Counted from the stretch's first letter, positions 17,903 through 27,839 are shown. The stretch: DNA of 64,000 nucleotides from Candidatus Acidiferrales bacterium (GCA_963748365.1 CAVVJG010000032.1:333717-397716), one strand, 5' to 3'. Numbers and translations are program-made. Notes: a model not told the origin generated them from the letters alone.

Positions 17903-19828
17903 ATGGCTTCTGAGCTCAAAATCGTCGGCCCGATCCGGTTTGGCGAAGATTTTGAGCTGGATTTGTGCTCCTATGAGTTGCGCCGTGCAGGGCGGGTCCT
18001 CAGACTGGAGCGCATTCCCGCGGAATTGCTTGTCCTCTTGATAGAAGAGAGACGACAGTTAGTCAGTCGCGACCGAATTATCGAACGCATCTGGGGCAAG
18101 GACGTCTTCCTCGATACTGACAACGGCATCAACGCCGCTATCCACAAGATTCGCCAGGTGCTGAAGGACGATCCCGAGCAGCCGCAATTCGTGCAGACAA
18201 TCACCGGAAGGGGATACCGATTCATTGCACAAGTGGAGGAGGCCGGAGTTCAGCGCTATATCGTCCCCTCACCGCCCCAGCAATCCATCCCGCCTCCCCC
18301 AGCACCCACTCCGACGAAGCGTAACCGGACTCGCCTGGCAGTGGCCCTAGCCCTAATAGGCTTGGTGATTGCCGGGTCCGCCATCTGGCTCGCGCAATGG
18401 TTTTGGCATCGGAACAGTGGATATCCCCCGATTCGCTCCATCGCCGTACTACCATTCGAGAATCTCTCCGGCGATTCGTCGCAAAATTATCTTGTGGATG
18501 GCATCACCGAGGAGTTGATAACTAATCTTGCTAAGGTAAGCGCTCTCCGGGTGACTTCCAGAACTTCAGTGATGCGTTACAAAGCTACGAAAAAGAGTCT
18601 ACCCGAGATTGCGCGTGAACTGAACGTGGACGGGATTGTCGAAGGATCGGTCACTCGGTCGGGGCAACGAGTACGAGTCACAGCCCAGCTACTGCGCGCA
18701 CCTACAGATCAGCATCTCTGGGCCGATACATATGAACGCGACCTCGGTGATGTACTCAAGTTACAGAGTGAGGTGGCGCGGGCGATCGCGCAGCAAGTCC
18801 GCGTAGAGGTGACCCCGCAGCAGCAGGCTCGCTTGAGCGCTGCCCGTCCAGTGAACCCAGAAGCTTACGAAGCTTATTTGAAAGGGCGTTACTATCTTTC
18901 GAACCAGTTCACTACGGCTCAACCACTGAACACAGCGAGGAGCTACTTCGAAGAAGCCATCCGGAAGGACCCCGGCTTTGCGCTGGCTTACACAGGGCTT
19001 GCCAATTCCTATCTTTACTTGGGTTTTTTCCGGCAGTTGCCGGCAGAGAGCGCCCATCAATCCGCCAAGGCAGCCCTGCGCAAAGCTCTGGAACTGGATC
19101 AGACTATGGGCGAAGCCCACGATGCGATGGCCGTCCTGAGCTGGCGGTACGAGTGGGACTGGGAGGCAGCCGAGCAAGAGTTCAACCAGGCGATTGCCCT
19201 GGCGCCAAATTACAGCTGCGCCCATGAGGACTACGCAATCTATCTCGCGTTTAGAGGTCGGCGCGCCGAGGCCTTGGCTGAGGTCGCTAAGAGCAACGAG
19301 ATAGATCCTGGCCCTGGTTCCGCCATGACTGAGGCAGCCACCTTCTATCAACTACGCGACTACGCGGCTATGCGCGAAGCTGCACGGCGGGGTGTAACCT
19401 CGAATCCGAGTGAGTGGACTGAACACTACAATCTTGGGATCGGGTACGAAGGCACGGGCAAACGGCTGGAAGCTATCTCGGAGTATCAGAACGCGGTTGA
19501 GATGTCGAATGGCGATCAGGATGCGATTGCGTCGCTCGCGCACGCCTACGCACTGATCGGCAGAACAGCCGAAGCCAAGAAGATTCTTCGTGACTTGGAA
19601 CAAAAACTCCTGAAGCAAGAATCAAACACTGCCAACGTTTCGCCCTATATCCTCGCAACCATATATGCGGGACTTGGGGAGAAGGAGCGAGCATTTGAGT
19701 TGTTGGAAAGAGCTTACCCAGAGAGGTCCCTGGAAATGAACTGGCACCTCAAAGCCGACGTGCGCATTGACAATCTCCGCTCCGAACCTCGCTTCAATGA
19801 CCTGTTGCGCAGCGCGCACCTAAACTGA
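17903..19828 (+). CDS. Winged-helix (OmpR/CadC-type) DNA-binding, TM, TolB-like, TPR regulator
   Basis: RFGEDFELD...IHKIRQVLKDDPEQPQFVQTITGRGYRF; TM helix; SIAVLPFENLSGD...DGITEELITNL; TPR repeats. Confidence 0.9.
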   Translation: MASELKIVGPIRFGEDFELDLCSYELRRAGRVLRLERIPAELLVLLIEERRQLVSRDRIIERIWGKDVFLDTDNGINAAIHKIRQVLKDDPEQPQFVQTITGRGYRFIAQVEEAGVQRYIVPSPPQQSIPPPPAPTPTKRNRTRLAVALALIGLVIAGSAIWLAQWFWHRNSGYPPIRSIAVLPFENLSGDSSQNYLVDGITEELITNLAKVSALRVTSRTSVMRYKATKKSLPEIARELNVDGIVEGSVTRSGQRVRVTAQLLRAPTDQHLWADTYERDLGDVLKLQSEVARAIAQQVRVEVTPQQQARLSAARPVNPEAYEAYLKGRYYLSNQFTTAQPLNTARSYFEEAIRKDPGFALAYTGLANSYLYLGFFRQLPAESAHQSAKAALRKALELDQTMGEAHDAMAVLSWRYEWDWEAAEQEFNQAIALAPNYSCAHEDYAIYLAFRGRRAEALAEVAKSNEIDPGPGSAMTEAATFYQLRDYAAMREAARRGVTSNPSEWTEHYNLGIGYEGTGKRLEAISEYQNAVEMSNGDQDAIASLAHAYALIGRTAEAKKILRDLEQKLLKQESNTANVSPYILATIYAGLGEKERAFELLERAYPERSLEMNWHLKADVRIDNLRSEPRFNDLLRSAHLN

Positions 19829-19919
19829 TTGCGTGTAGGATCTTGCTATTGTCTATTGACAAGATTCCGATGCGGATCGCTCGTTTACAAGCGGTGGCGA
19901 TCCCCCAAGACATTCTTGC

Positions 19920-20028
19920 GTTGAAGAGTACTCACAACAGAAAAGAAGGGCTGGCTTTAAGGAGCCAGCCCCAGGTGTTAGATACCGCGACGATTGTTTC
20001 GTTAGAAAGTGAGGCGGAAACCAAACTC
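19920..20028. repeat. About 110-bp direct repeat, copy B (frameshifted GNAT end remnant, terminator, intact receptor 3' end)
   Basis: Matches 16990-17099; contains GGGCTGGCT-TTAAGG-AGCCAGCCC hairpin and the receptor stop at 20002. Confidence 0.92.
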
Positions 20029-23000
20029 GCTCCACAGGGAACGAGGAGTGGTGGTGCTGGTGGGGTTGATGAATCCAACCGGGTGGCCGAACGTCTCAGC
20101 ACTGGCGATGCTGTTCCCGTAATTTGACCCGTAGTTGGCGCGGTTGGTCAGGTTAAAGGCCTGCGCGATGAGCTGCAGGTTAACGCGTTCGCCGATTTTG
20201 AAGTTTTTCGCCACGCGGAGATCGAGTTGGAAGAACGGATCACCTCGGAGCGAATCATATTTTGCGATGGTGCAATCCGCGGCCACGCCGTTGATGCCGT
20301 AGAAGCAGTTTTGTGCACCAAGGTCATCGCCAGCAAACGCGAAATAGTCGGTCGGGTTGCTCTTCGGCACCACAACGGGATAGATGTACGTGCCCCCACC
20401 GAGGTTCAGCGTGTTGGCAGAGTTGACAACGGCGTAGGGCCGCGAGGAGCCGAACTGGAGAATGGGAGCGATCTGGAAGCCCCACGGCAGTTCCCAGAGG
20501 CCGCTTATGGTCACGTGATGACGCTCGTCGTTGGGTGTCGGTCCCCAATTGTATTTGGCAAAGGGATCAGTCGAGAGGGCCGGATAGTTGCGGAAGCCTG
20601 AAGCGAGGGAGCTGTAACCGTTTGCCCACGCCAGAGTGTAATTCGCATTGAGCGTGAAGTGATGCATCATGCGCTGGCGATAGCTGAAGTTGATGCCATC
20701 GTAGTGAGAGCGGCCCGTCGACTGGTCATCACGGACACTGGCGAATTGAGTTCCGGTAGAACCGTCGAGAGGACGATAGCAACATTGGTCACCAATGGGC
20801 TGAGTTGGGTCCGGCAGCTTTTGGTCGATGTTGATGGTCTTATTTTCGTGCAGGCTCAAGACGTGGGTGTATTCCGCTTCAATGACAGAGTTGGAGTTAA
20901 GAGCCCAGCTATAGCCGATGTTGAACTCTTCCGTTACCGGGTTGCGGTAATTAGGATCGATCAGGCGGCCAACGCTGCGTTCCGCCAACGTAGTGGACGG
21001 TGGTGGAATGGTGGGAAGTGGGCTGATTCCATACTGCCACTGGCCGAGATTCAAACCGGTGCCAGGGACGGGGTCGGTGGGGCTGGAAAGGCTGAGCACG
21101 GTCTGGAAGATGGTGGGGTTGGCCATCTGTTCCATGAATAAAGGAATGTTCTGGAAGACGTTGCCGTAATAGAGACCGAATCCGCCTCGTAGAATATGGC
21201 GACCTTGACCATTGATGTCGTAAGCGAAACCGACGCGTGGGCTAAAGTCGTATTTATCGTCTTGGGGGATTTTGCTCACGTAGGGGTTGCTGACCGGATC
21301 GTTCGCAGCAACAAGGACCTGATACGTGCGGCTGTCCTTCACATCGGAGCCACCGATCATGTTGAAGTCTTTATCCCAGCGGATGCCGAGATTCAAGGTC
21401 AGGCGCCGGTTCACCCTCCAGTCGTCCTGGAAATAGAGGCCGAGCTGTTTGGTGGCGACAAGGAAATACGGATCGCCGTTGGCAATGGCCATACCGTTAA
21501 CGGCGCCAGGTGTAGCGAATTGCTGAGGAAAGTAGGTTGGCCCGCACTTGGTGTCCGTGTCATCGACAGTTGCTAGAATGCAGCTTGGATCTTTCGTGAA
21601 ATCGAGTTCAAGAGTGGAGCTGAACTCGAAGAAGCCGCCTTCGACGGGGTTCCAGATGTAGTCCACGCCAGCTTTGAGGGTGTGATTGCCGATGGTTTTG
21701 GAAATGTCGTCCTTGAACTGCCACTTCTTCTGGAATGACTGCTGCGGAACGTTGGTGTTGGTGCCAAAAGACGCGCTCGGGAATACGACGAGTGGCGCGC
21801 TGATGTCACTGGCAATCAAGTTGTTCCAATATTGATAGCCAAATGTGAACTGATTGACCATGTTGTTCGCAAGAATCGAGCTGAGAGTAAAATTGGCCAA
21901 CTGGAGATGATTCTTGGTGAAGTTGCCATTGGTGAGGTCGCCAGTGCCATCAGACTGGTCGTTGTCGCTATTGTTGACCTGGGAACTGTAGCTGACGTAG
22001 GCGGTGTTGTCCCTGTTGATGGTCCAGTCCATCCGGCCGTTGTAGCGGGTTTCGTAAAAGGGACGAGGAATGACAAGAGCAGGCTGAGCAGCTAGTCCGG
22101 CCTGCTGTGCGAGGACGAGCTCATTGTAGGATTTGTCGGTCTCTTGTAACCCCTGACTTTCGCGCTCACGTTCAAGGGCGAAAAAGCCGAACAGTTTGTG
22201 TTTGACAATCGGACCGCCAATGGACCCACCGAAGAACTGACGGCTGTAGTCCGGATTGGAGGTCGTGTAACCGCCGGAGCTATCCGGGTCCTTCTGATCC
22301 GTGTTCAACGCAGATGCGCGGAAATAGCTGAACAGGGAGCCGTGATAGGCATTAGTGCCTTGCTTGGTGATCATGTTGATGGCAGCGCCTTCGGAACGGC
22401 CGTTTTCCGCCGAGAAACGCTGCGTGCTGATCTGAAATTCCTGGACCGCTTCCAGAGGAAGCTGCATAACGGGTCCGCCGACGGTGTTGTCTTTGTTGTC
22501 CACGCCATTGACGGTCACGTTTACGTTGCGGCCGCCCTGGCCGTTGACGGAGAGAATCGCGTAGCGGTTCTTGGTGGGATCGTAGGAATCCGCCGCCTTT
22601 ACGCCGGGGGCAAGATACGCAAGGTTGGCCACATCGCGGCCCAACAAGGGAAGCTGCTCAACTTCGCTGGGAGTAATGTTCTGGCTTACGCTAGTTTTTG
22701 TCTGCTCGATGAGGGGAACTTCGGAAACGACCTCGATGGTTTCTGAAGCGGCGCCAACCTGAAGCACGGCGTTGGCGGTAACGACTTGGCCGACCAAAAT
22801 CTCAAGGCTTTGGGTGGTCGTGCTGAATCCGGTCTTGGTGAAGGTGACCAGATACGCGCCGCTAGGGAGTAACTCGAAGCGGTAATTGCCTTCGTCGTTG
22901 GTAGTTGTGCTGCGCGTGAACTCCGTGCCCTTATGTTTTACCACCACCTGAGTGCCAGCGACTGCTGCTTGCGACTTGTCCAGAACCGTACCCTGGATCG

Positions 23001-23091
23001 TGGAGGTGGCCGTGACTTGAGCGAAAAGGTCGGCACTTCCGAAACAACTTAGGAAGAGCGAGACAAGCACGATATAAGTAAGCTTTTTCAT
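20002..23091 (-). CDS. Oar-like TonB-dependent receptor (about 1030 aa)
   Basis: Signal peptide MKKLTYIV, CarboxypepD_reg-like domain, LPLLGRDVANLAYLAPGV, VDGVDN-like VNGVDN, EAVQEFQISTQRFSAENGRS, terminal FGFRLTF beta-signal. Confidence 0.92.
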   Translation of the reverse strand: MKKLTYIVLVSLFLSCFGSADLFAQVTATSTIQGTVLDKSQAAVAGTQVVVKHKGTEFTRSTTTNDEGNYRFELLPSGAYLVTFTKTGFSTTTQSLEILVGQVVTANAVLQVGAASETIEVVSEVPLIEQTKTSVSQNITPSEVEQLPLLGRDVANLAYLAPGVKAADSYDPTKNRYAILSVNGQGGRNVNVTVNGVDNKDNTVGGPVMQLPLEAVQEFQISTQRFSAENGRSEGAAINMITKQGTNAYHGSLFSYFRASALNTDQKDPDSSGGYTTSNPDYSRQFFGGSIGGPIVKHKLFGFFALERERESQGLQETDKSYNELVLAQQAGLAAQPALVIPRPFYETRYNGRMDWTINRDNTAYVSYSSQVNNSDNDQSDGTGDLTNGNFTKNHLQLANFTLSSILANNMVNQFTFGYQYWNNLIASDISAPLVVFPSASFGTNTNVPQQSFQKKWQFKDDISKTIGNHTLKAGVDYIWNPVEGGFFEFSSTLELDFTKDPSCILATVDDTDTKCGPTYFPQQFATPGAVNGMAIANGDPYFLVATKQLGLYFQDDWRVNRRLTLNLGIRWDKDFNMIGGSDVKDSRTYQVLVAANDPVSNPYVSKIPQDDKYDFSPRVGFAYDINGQGRHILRGGFGLYYGNVFQNIPLFMEQMANPTIFQTVLSLSSPTDPVPGTGLNLGQWQYGISPLPTIPPPSTTLAERSVGRLIDPNYRNPVTEEFNIGYSWALNSNSVIEAEYTHVLSLHENKTINIDQKLPDPTQPIGDQCCYRPLDGSTGTQFASVRDDQSTGRSHYDGINFSYRQRMMHHFTLNANYTLAWANGYSSLASGFRNYPALSTDPFAKYNWGPTPNDERHHVTISGLWELPWGFQIAPILQFGSSRPYAVVNSANTLNLGGGTYIYPVVVPKSNPTDYFAFAGDDLGAQNCFYGINGVAADCTIAKYDSLRGDPFFQLDLRVAKNFKIGERVNLQLIAQAFNLTNRANYGSNYGNSIASAETFGHPVGFINPTSTTTPRSLWSEFGFRLTF

Positions 23092-23365
23092 TTTTCCGTT
23101 ATCTCCGTAAAGCAGGGAAGTAATTTGGACCACGAGCGGTTACTTCCGTCTGCGAGTTGGACAAATACAAGTATCCCGAGCGAAAGGACTGCGCTGAGCG
23201 GCCAGAGAGGGACAAAATCTTTGGAAACTAGCCCCGCCTCTGCAGACACAACGAAAGCCCACGTTCGAGAACACTTCCGAACCATTCACCACTAGGCCGA
23301 GCCAAATTAGTTAACGCTGATGCAACCGAGGGGAGGTTGGATTCCCCTTATGGGAACCGCAAATA

Positions 23366-23381
23366 TGCAATTCATGTGCCA
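23366..23381 (-). promoter_or_regulatory. Sigma54 (-24/-12) promoter motif upstream of the Oar-like receptor
   Basis: Minus strand reads TGGCAC-ATGAA-TTGCA, with GG and GC separated by exactly 10 nt; about 275 bp upstream of the ATG. Confidence 0.7.
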
Positions 23382-24002
23382 GGAATCGCATACTTGTAAC
23401 GTATTCATAATAAGTAAGTTAGTTCTAAATGGAACCAATTGTCACAAACTTGTAACAGAAAATGGAAGCCAAATTGGCTGGACCTATGAAAATGTGTAGA
23501 TAGTAGACTTGTAGGACTGACGCCAAGGTCAATCCAATTCAATCCCGGAGGAACACTTGCGATCAATCGCTACTCCTGCTCGATGCAAGTGCATATGATC
23601 AAGCAGTAGCTCGATCGCCTGTGGATGTTTGCGGGCAATAACAACAGCCGTGGAAAAAAATCCTTGGCAAAGTCTGCAGAGCTCAAAAATACTTTTCGGT
23701 TAACGCATCAACCAAGAATCAAGACACTGCGTTTTTCCCCCACCCTGCGACTGGTTGTACAGTGCATGCCACACGTTTCCTGTTCCGTACCATCTCCAGC
23801 ACTCTTTGTGGCGTAGCTACCTTGCGGTTGGCCATCTCCCTTCGTATACTGGCGACCCGGCCAAATGGTAGCTCCGGAGGGTGGGTAGCCCGCCGATTTT
23901 TGCCTCCCTTGGCCTTTACTAGATTGCCTGCACGTCTCTCGCGGGCCGAACCATGCTGCGCAGCCACGGCTCCACGGCTGCACCAGTAAAGGAGATTTTT
24001 GC

Positions 24003-25274
24003 ATGCCGCAAGCGCCTGTACCGGAAGAAATGAATGTCTACCAGAACGCCGAAGCGCGTTTTGAAATGGCTGCGAACAAGCTCGGCCTGGAGCAGGGCAT
24101 TTACCGTTATCTGAAATATCCCGACAAAGAAATCACGCTCTACATTCCGGTGGGCATGGACAACGGACAGCTTGAAGTTTTCACTGGTTATCGTGTTTTG
24201 CATTCCACGGTTCGCGGACCCGGCAAGGGTGGCATTCGCTTCGCACCGGATGTCAGCGTTGATGAAGTGAGAGCACTGGCGGCGTGGATGACTTGGAAGT
24301 GTGCGGTCGTCGACATACCCTTCGGCGGAGCCAAGGGCGGTATCATTTGCGATCCGCGCAAAATGTCACGCGGCGAACTGGAACGCCTCACACGCCGTTA
24401 CACTGCTGAGCTTTCCGACTGGCTCGGGCCAGAGCGCGACGTGCCGGCCCCGGACGTTGGCACCAATGAACAGACTATGGCATGGGTGATGGACACCTAT
24501 TCCATGCATGCCCGTCAGGCAACCACCGCCGTCGTTACCGGCAAGCCCATTGAATTGGGCGGGTCGCGCGGACGCCGCGAAGCCACCGGGCGCGGTGTGA
24601 TGATCTGCGTGGACAAAGCCCTGACCAAATTTGGGATGAAAAAAGAAACCACTCGCGTTGTGGTTCAGGGCTTCGGGAATGTCGGCTCACTCGCCGCGGA
24701 ACTGATGCATAAGAGCGGTTACAAAATCGTTGGGCTCGCGGATATCGGTGGTGGCCTCTATAACGACAACGGTTTCGACGTGCCCAAAATTATCGAGTGG
24801 GTGTACACTCAGAAGAAGCCTCTCCAGGAATTTCCGGGTGGCGGAACGAAAATGAGCGCTCGCGACGTCCTCTTTCAGCCCTGTGACGTGCTCATTCCCG
24901 CGGCCATCGAAAATCAAATCACCGAGCAGAACGCTCATCAAGTCCAGGCCAAAATACTTTGTGAAGGTGCAAACGGCCCCACCACCTGGCAAGCCGACGC
25001 CATCATCGATTCCAAGGGCATCTTCACCGTGCCAGATATTCTTGGCAACGCCGGTGGAGTTACCGTCAGTTATTTCGAGTGGGTGCAGGATCGCCAGGGC
25101 TTTTTCTGGCGCGAGAGTGAAGTGAACGAACGCCTCTACGACGTCATGGATCGTGCTTTTGACGAAGTAGTTCGGTACGCGGAAACTCATCGTGTCAACA
25201 ATCGCATCGCGGCCTATATGTTGGCCATCGACCGGGTTGCCACGGCTCTCAAACTTCGCGGCATCTATGCGTGA
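24003..25274 (+). CDS. gdhA: Glu/Leu/Phe/Val dehydrogenase (glutamate dehydrogenase)
   Basis: [63 protein letters not shown]; AAAGGAG RBS. Confidence 0.95.
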   Translation: MPQAPVPEEMNVYQNAEARFEMAANKLGLEQGIYRYLKYPDKEITLYIPVGMDNGQLEVFTGYRVLHSTVRGPGKGGIRFAPDVSVDEVRALAAWMTWKCAVVDIPFGGAKGGIICDPRKMSRGELERLTRRYTAELSDWLGPERDVPAPDVGTNEQTMAWVMDTYSMHARQATTAVVTGKPIELGGSRGRREATGRGVMICVDKALTKFGMKKETTRVVVQGFGNVGSLAAELMHKSGYKIVGLADIGGGLYNDNGFDVPKIIEWVYTQKKPLQEFPGGGTKMSARDVLFQPCDVLIPAAIENQITEQNAHQVQAKILCEGANGPTTWQADAIIDSKGIFTVPDILGNAGGVTVSYFEWVQDRQGFFWRESEVNERLYDVMDRAFDEVVRYAETHRVNNRIAAYMLAIDRVATALKLRGIYA

Positions 25275-25400
25275 TTTTGCTTGGCTTTCCTGCCTGCGAA
25301 GGGTAATCTGTGAGAAAGTTGCTAAATTTAGCTTAACTTTGACTGTCTTGCTTGTCTGATCGAAATCAGACCTCCAAAGGTCCAGGAAGGAGTCCGCACC

Positions 25401-26210
25401 GTGCCTTCGGACTCAGTGCCCGATTTTCGCGTGAGAACAGAAGAACAACATCGACTCGACATTTGCCAGGTCGGCCGCTGGATGTACGAGCGCGGCCAAA
25501 TCGTCGCGTGCGAGGGGAACATCTCCGTGCGTCTGGATGCGGAACGCATCCTGACCACGCCCACTTGTATCAACAAGGGGATGATGTCGCCGGATGATCT
25601 GGTGATCATGGACTTGGAGGGCCGTCATCTTCGCGGTGACCGCAAGATTTCCTCCGAAGCCGGAATGCACTTGCTGTTTTATCGCATGCGTTCCGAAGTG
25701 CAGGCCGTCTGCCACGCGCATCCTCCCACCGCAACAGGCTTCGCCGCTGCCGGTCAGGGTCTCGATCAAGCTTTGTTGCCGGAAATTGTGGTGGGACTTG
25801 GCAAAGTTCCTCTCGTTCGTTATGCGACGCCCGGCACTCCCGATCTAAGCGCGGTTCTTGAACCTTTTATTCCGCACTACGATGCGCTGCTGCTTGCCAA
25901 TCATGGTGCAGTCACCTGCGGCCCTGATCTGTACAGCGCTTTTTTCCGCATGGAAACGCTAGAACACTTTGCCAAAATCATGCTGAACGCGCGGTTGGCC
26001 GGAGAGCCGCAGCTTCTATCCACTCGCGAGGTAGCCAAGCTGATGGCCGCGCGGGCCAGATACCACGTCACGCCACCTCCCGGAGGCGGCGCCGATCTGC
26101 CGGAGACCTGCGACAACGGTGAAAACACTACCGACGAAGTGACTCTCACACGTTCGGAACTTGACGCGCTAGTCGACGAAGCAGTTCGCAAAGACCGCGC
26201 ACGTCGTTAA
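25401..26210 (+). CDS. Class II aldolase/adducin family protein with C-terminal helical extension
   Basis: EGNISVR, TPT, SSE, AVCHAHPP, LLANHGAV zinc-binding motifs. Confidence 0.9.
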   Translation: MPSDSVPDFRVRTEEQHRLDICQVGRWMYERGQIVACEGNISVRLDAERILTTPTCINKGMMSPDDLVIMDLEGRHLRGDRKISSEAGMHLLFYRMRSEVQAVCHAHPPTATGFAAAGQGLDQALLPEIVVGLGKVPLVRYATPGTPDLSAVLEPFIPHYDALLLANHGAVTCGPDLYSAFFRMETLEHFAKIMLNARLAGEPQLLSTREVAKLMAARARYHVTPPPGGGADLPETCDNGENTTDEVTLTRSELDALVDEAVRKDRARR

Positions 26211-26308
26211 CTTTTCGTTTATCCTTCGTTTTCCGAGTGCAGGGGCGGCTTTACGCGCCCGGATTTCTCACATGTTCCCCATGTCTAAATCGGCAGGAGG
26301 CTCTCGCT

Positions 26309-26965
26309 ATGTCCGCCACTCCGGAGTTGTTTGACGCAATTCGTCAGGGCGATCTCGTGCGTGTGCAATCTCTACTCGACGTCGACCCTGCTCTTGCCTC
26401 CGCCAAAAATGAATCTGGTGTTTCCGCCGTGCTTTCGACTGTCTACTTCGGCCGCAAAGATATGCGCGATTTGCTTCTCGCCCGTGGTGCCAAAATTGAA
26501 CTGCAAGATGCCGTTGCCATCGGCCGAGTGGATCGCGTGAAGGAACTTGTCGTAGCCAACTCCGCACTGGCTAACTCTTATTCTTCGGATGGATTTCCCC
26601 TTGTTGCGCTTGCCGCTTTCTTCGGTCACGCGCAGGTTGCGCGCTACCTCAAAGAGCAGGGCGCGGACATCGGCGCCATCGCAACCAACGGCTCGGGTTA
26701 CAACGCGCTGACTGGCGCAGTCACTGGAGGTCATACCGAAATTGTTCAATGGCTCCTCGAATCCGGCGCCGACGCAAATTATCGCTACGGCCCCGGCTAC
26801 ACGCCGCTACTTGCCGCTGCCGCAAATGGCCATTTGGAAATCGTCAAACTCTTGCTGTCTCATGGTGCCGATCCATCCGCCAAATCGAACGACGGCAAAT
26901 CCGCACTTGTCCTAGCCGAAGAGCGCAAGCACAACAGCGTCGCCGCGTTCCTGGAAAACAACTGA
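26309..26965 (+). CDS. Ankyrin repeat protein
   Basis: DGFPLVALAAFFGH, YNALTGAVTGGHTEIVQWLLESGADAN, YTPLLAAAANGHLEIVKLLLSHGADP. Confidence 0.92.
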   Translation: MSATPELFDAIRQGDLVRVQSLLDVDPALASAKNESGVSAVLSTVYFGRKDMRDLLLARGAKIELQDAVAIGRVDRVKELVVANSALANSYSSDGFPLVALAAFFGHAQVARYLKEQGADIGAIATNGSGYNALTGAVTGGHTEIVQWLLESGADANYRYGPGYTPLLAAAANGHLEIVKLLLSHGADPSAKSNDGKSALVLAEERKHNSVAAFLENN

Positions 26966-26969
26966 CGAT

Positions 26970-27839
26970 TCATCTCGAGTGGGAAAACGAAAACGGATGC
27001 TCGAAACTCAAATACATAATCACACCTACATCACCCGAAGATGGGCCGATACCAACCGGTACTGCAATGCCGGGCACAATCTGCAGTCCATTCTTGAAAT
27101 TGTAGGCCCACCGCATTCCAGGGCTGATATACAAATTTTGTGACCAGTTCGTTTTGTCCGGCGCCACGATTTTCTGGTTTGTCGTCCACAGTGTTTCGAG
27201 CAGAAAATTCAATCTCGGCCGCACCAGCCACACCACGGATTGTCCAAGATTTACGCCCACTAGGCTGGCACTTTCGTCGTTTGCATTATGCGCATTTGGC
27301 ACCCAGCTAGCCCCTGCGTTCCAGTGCGTCACCCAGTGCGCAGAATGCTGAATGCTGAGCGGCAAGTTCGTTTGCATCCCCACTCCGCCGAATCCGCGGC
27401 CGGCAGTGTTATCGCCTGTGGGGATTAGCAGGCTGATCCGAGGCGCCATGGCCACTTTAGCTTTGCCGCTCCCAACGAGTTGATACCGATAATTGACGGC
27501 GCTATCTCCCCATCCCGCGCCCGAGGCATGAAAGTCGCCGCTGGCTTGGGCTCCGGAAAGCGTCACACTCAATTGATGTTTATAGGAGCGCAAAGGCCAT
27601 TCATCCGTGAGCGTGTAAACCCAGTCCCCGGTGTTGGCATTTTTTTGAAAGAAATTGATGTGCTGAATTATGCCATCTTCCTGGTTGTAGGCTTCCTCCA
27701 GCAGAAAGCTATTGTCTTGAATCGGACCGGGCTCCTCTTCGGCGACTGTGGTTGGTGCCACGCCCTGCGCGAAGGAATGGCCCTGAAACGAGCCAGAAAG
27801 CAGGAAAAGGGAAAATGCCGAGGTAAGTAAGAAGCGCAT
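26970..27839 (-). CDS. Putative outer-membrane beta-barrel (MetA-pathway/'transporter'-like family)
   Basis: Signal peptide, IQDNSFLLEEAYNQE, alternating amphipathic strands, C-terminal YLSFEHPF. Confidence 0.6.
   Translation of the reverse strand: MRFLLTSAFSLFLLSGSFQGHSFAQGVAPTTVAEEEPGPIQDNSFLLEEAYNQEDGIIQHINFFQKNANTGDWVYTLTDEWPLRSYKHQLSVTLSGAQASGDFHASGAGWGDSAVNYRYQLVGSGKAKVAMAPRISLLIPTGDNTAGRGFGGVGMQTNLPLSIQHSAHWVTHWNAGASWVPNAHNANDESASLVGVNLGQSVVWLVRPRLNFLLETLWTTNQKIVAPDKTNWSQNLYISPGMRWAYNFKNGLQIVPGIAVPVGIGPSSGDVGVIMYLSFEHPFSFSHSR

Noticed and set aside
23665-23678. TGGCAAAGTCTGCA as a sigma54 promoter for gdhA
   Set aside because: Only 8 nt between GG and GC; 10 are required.
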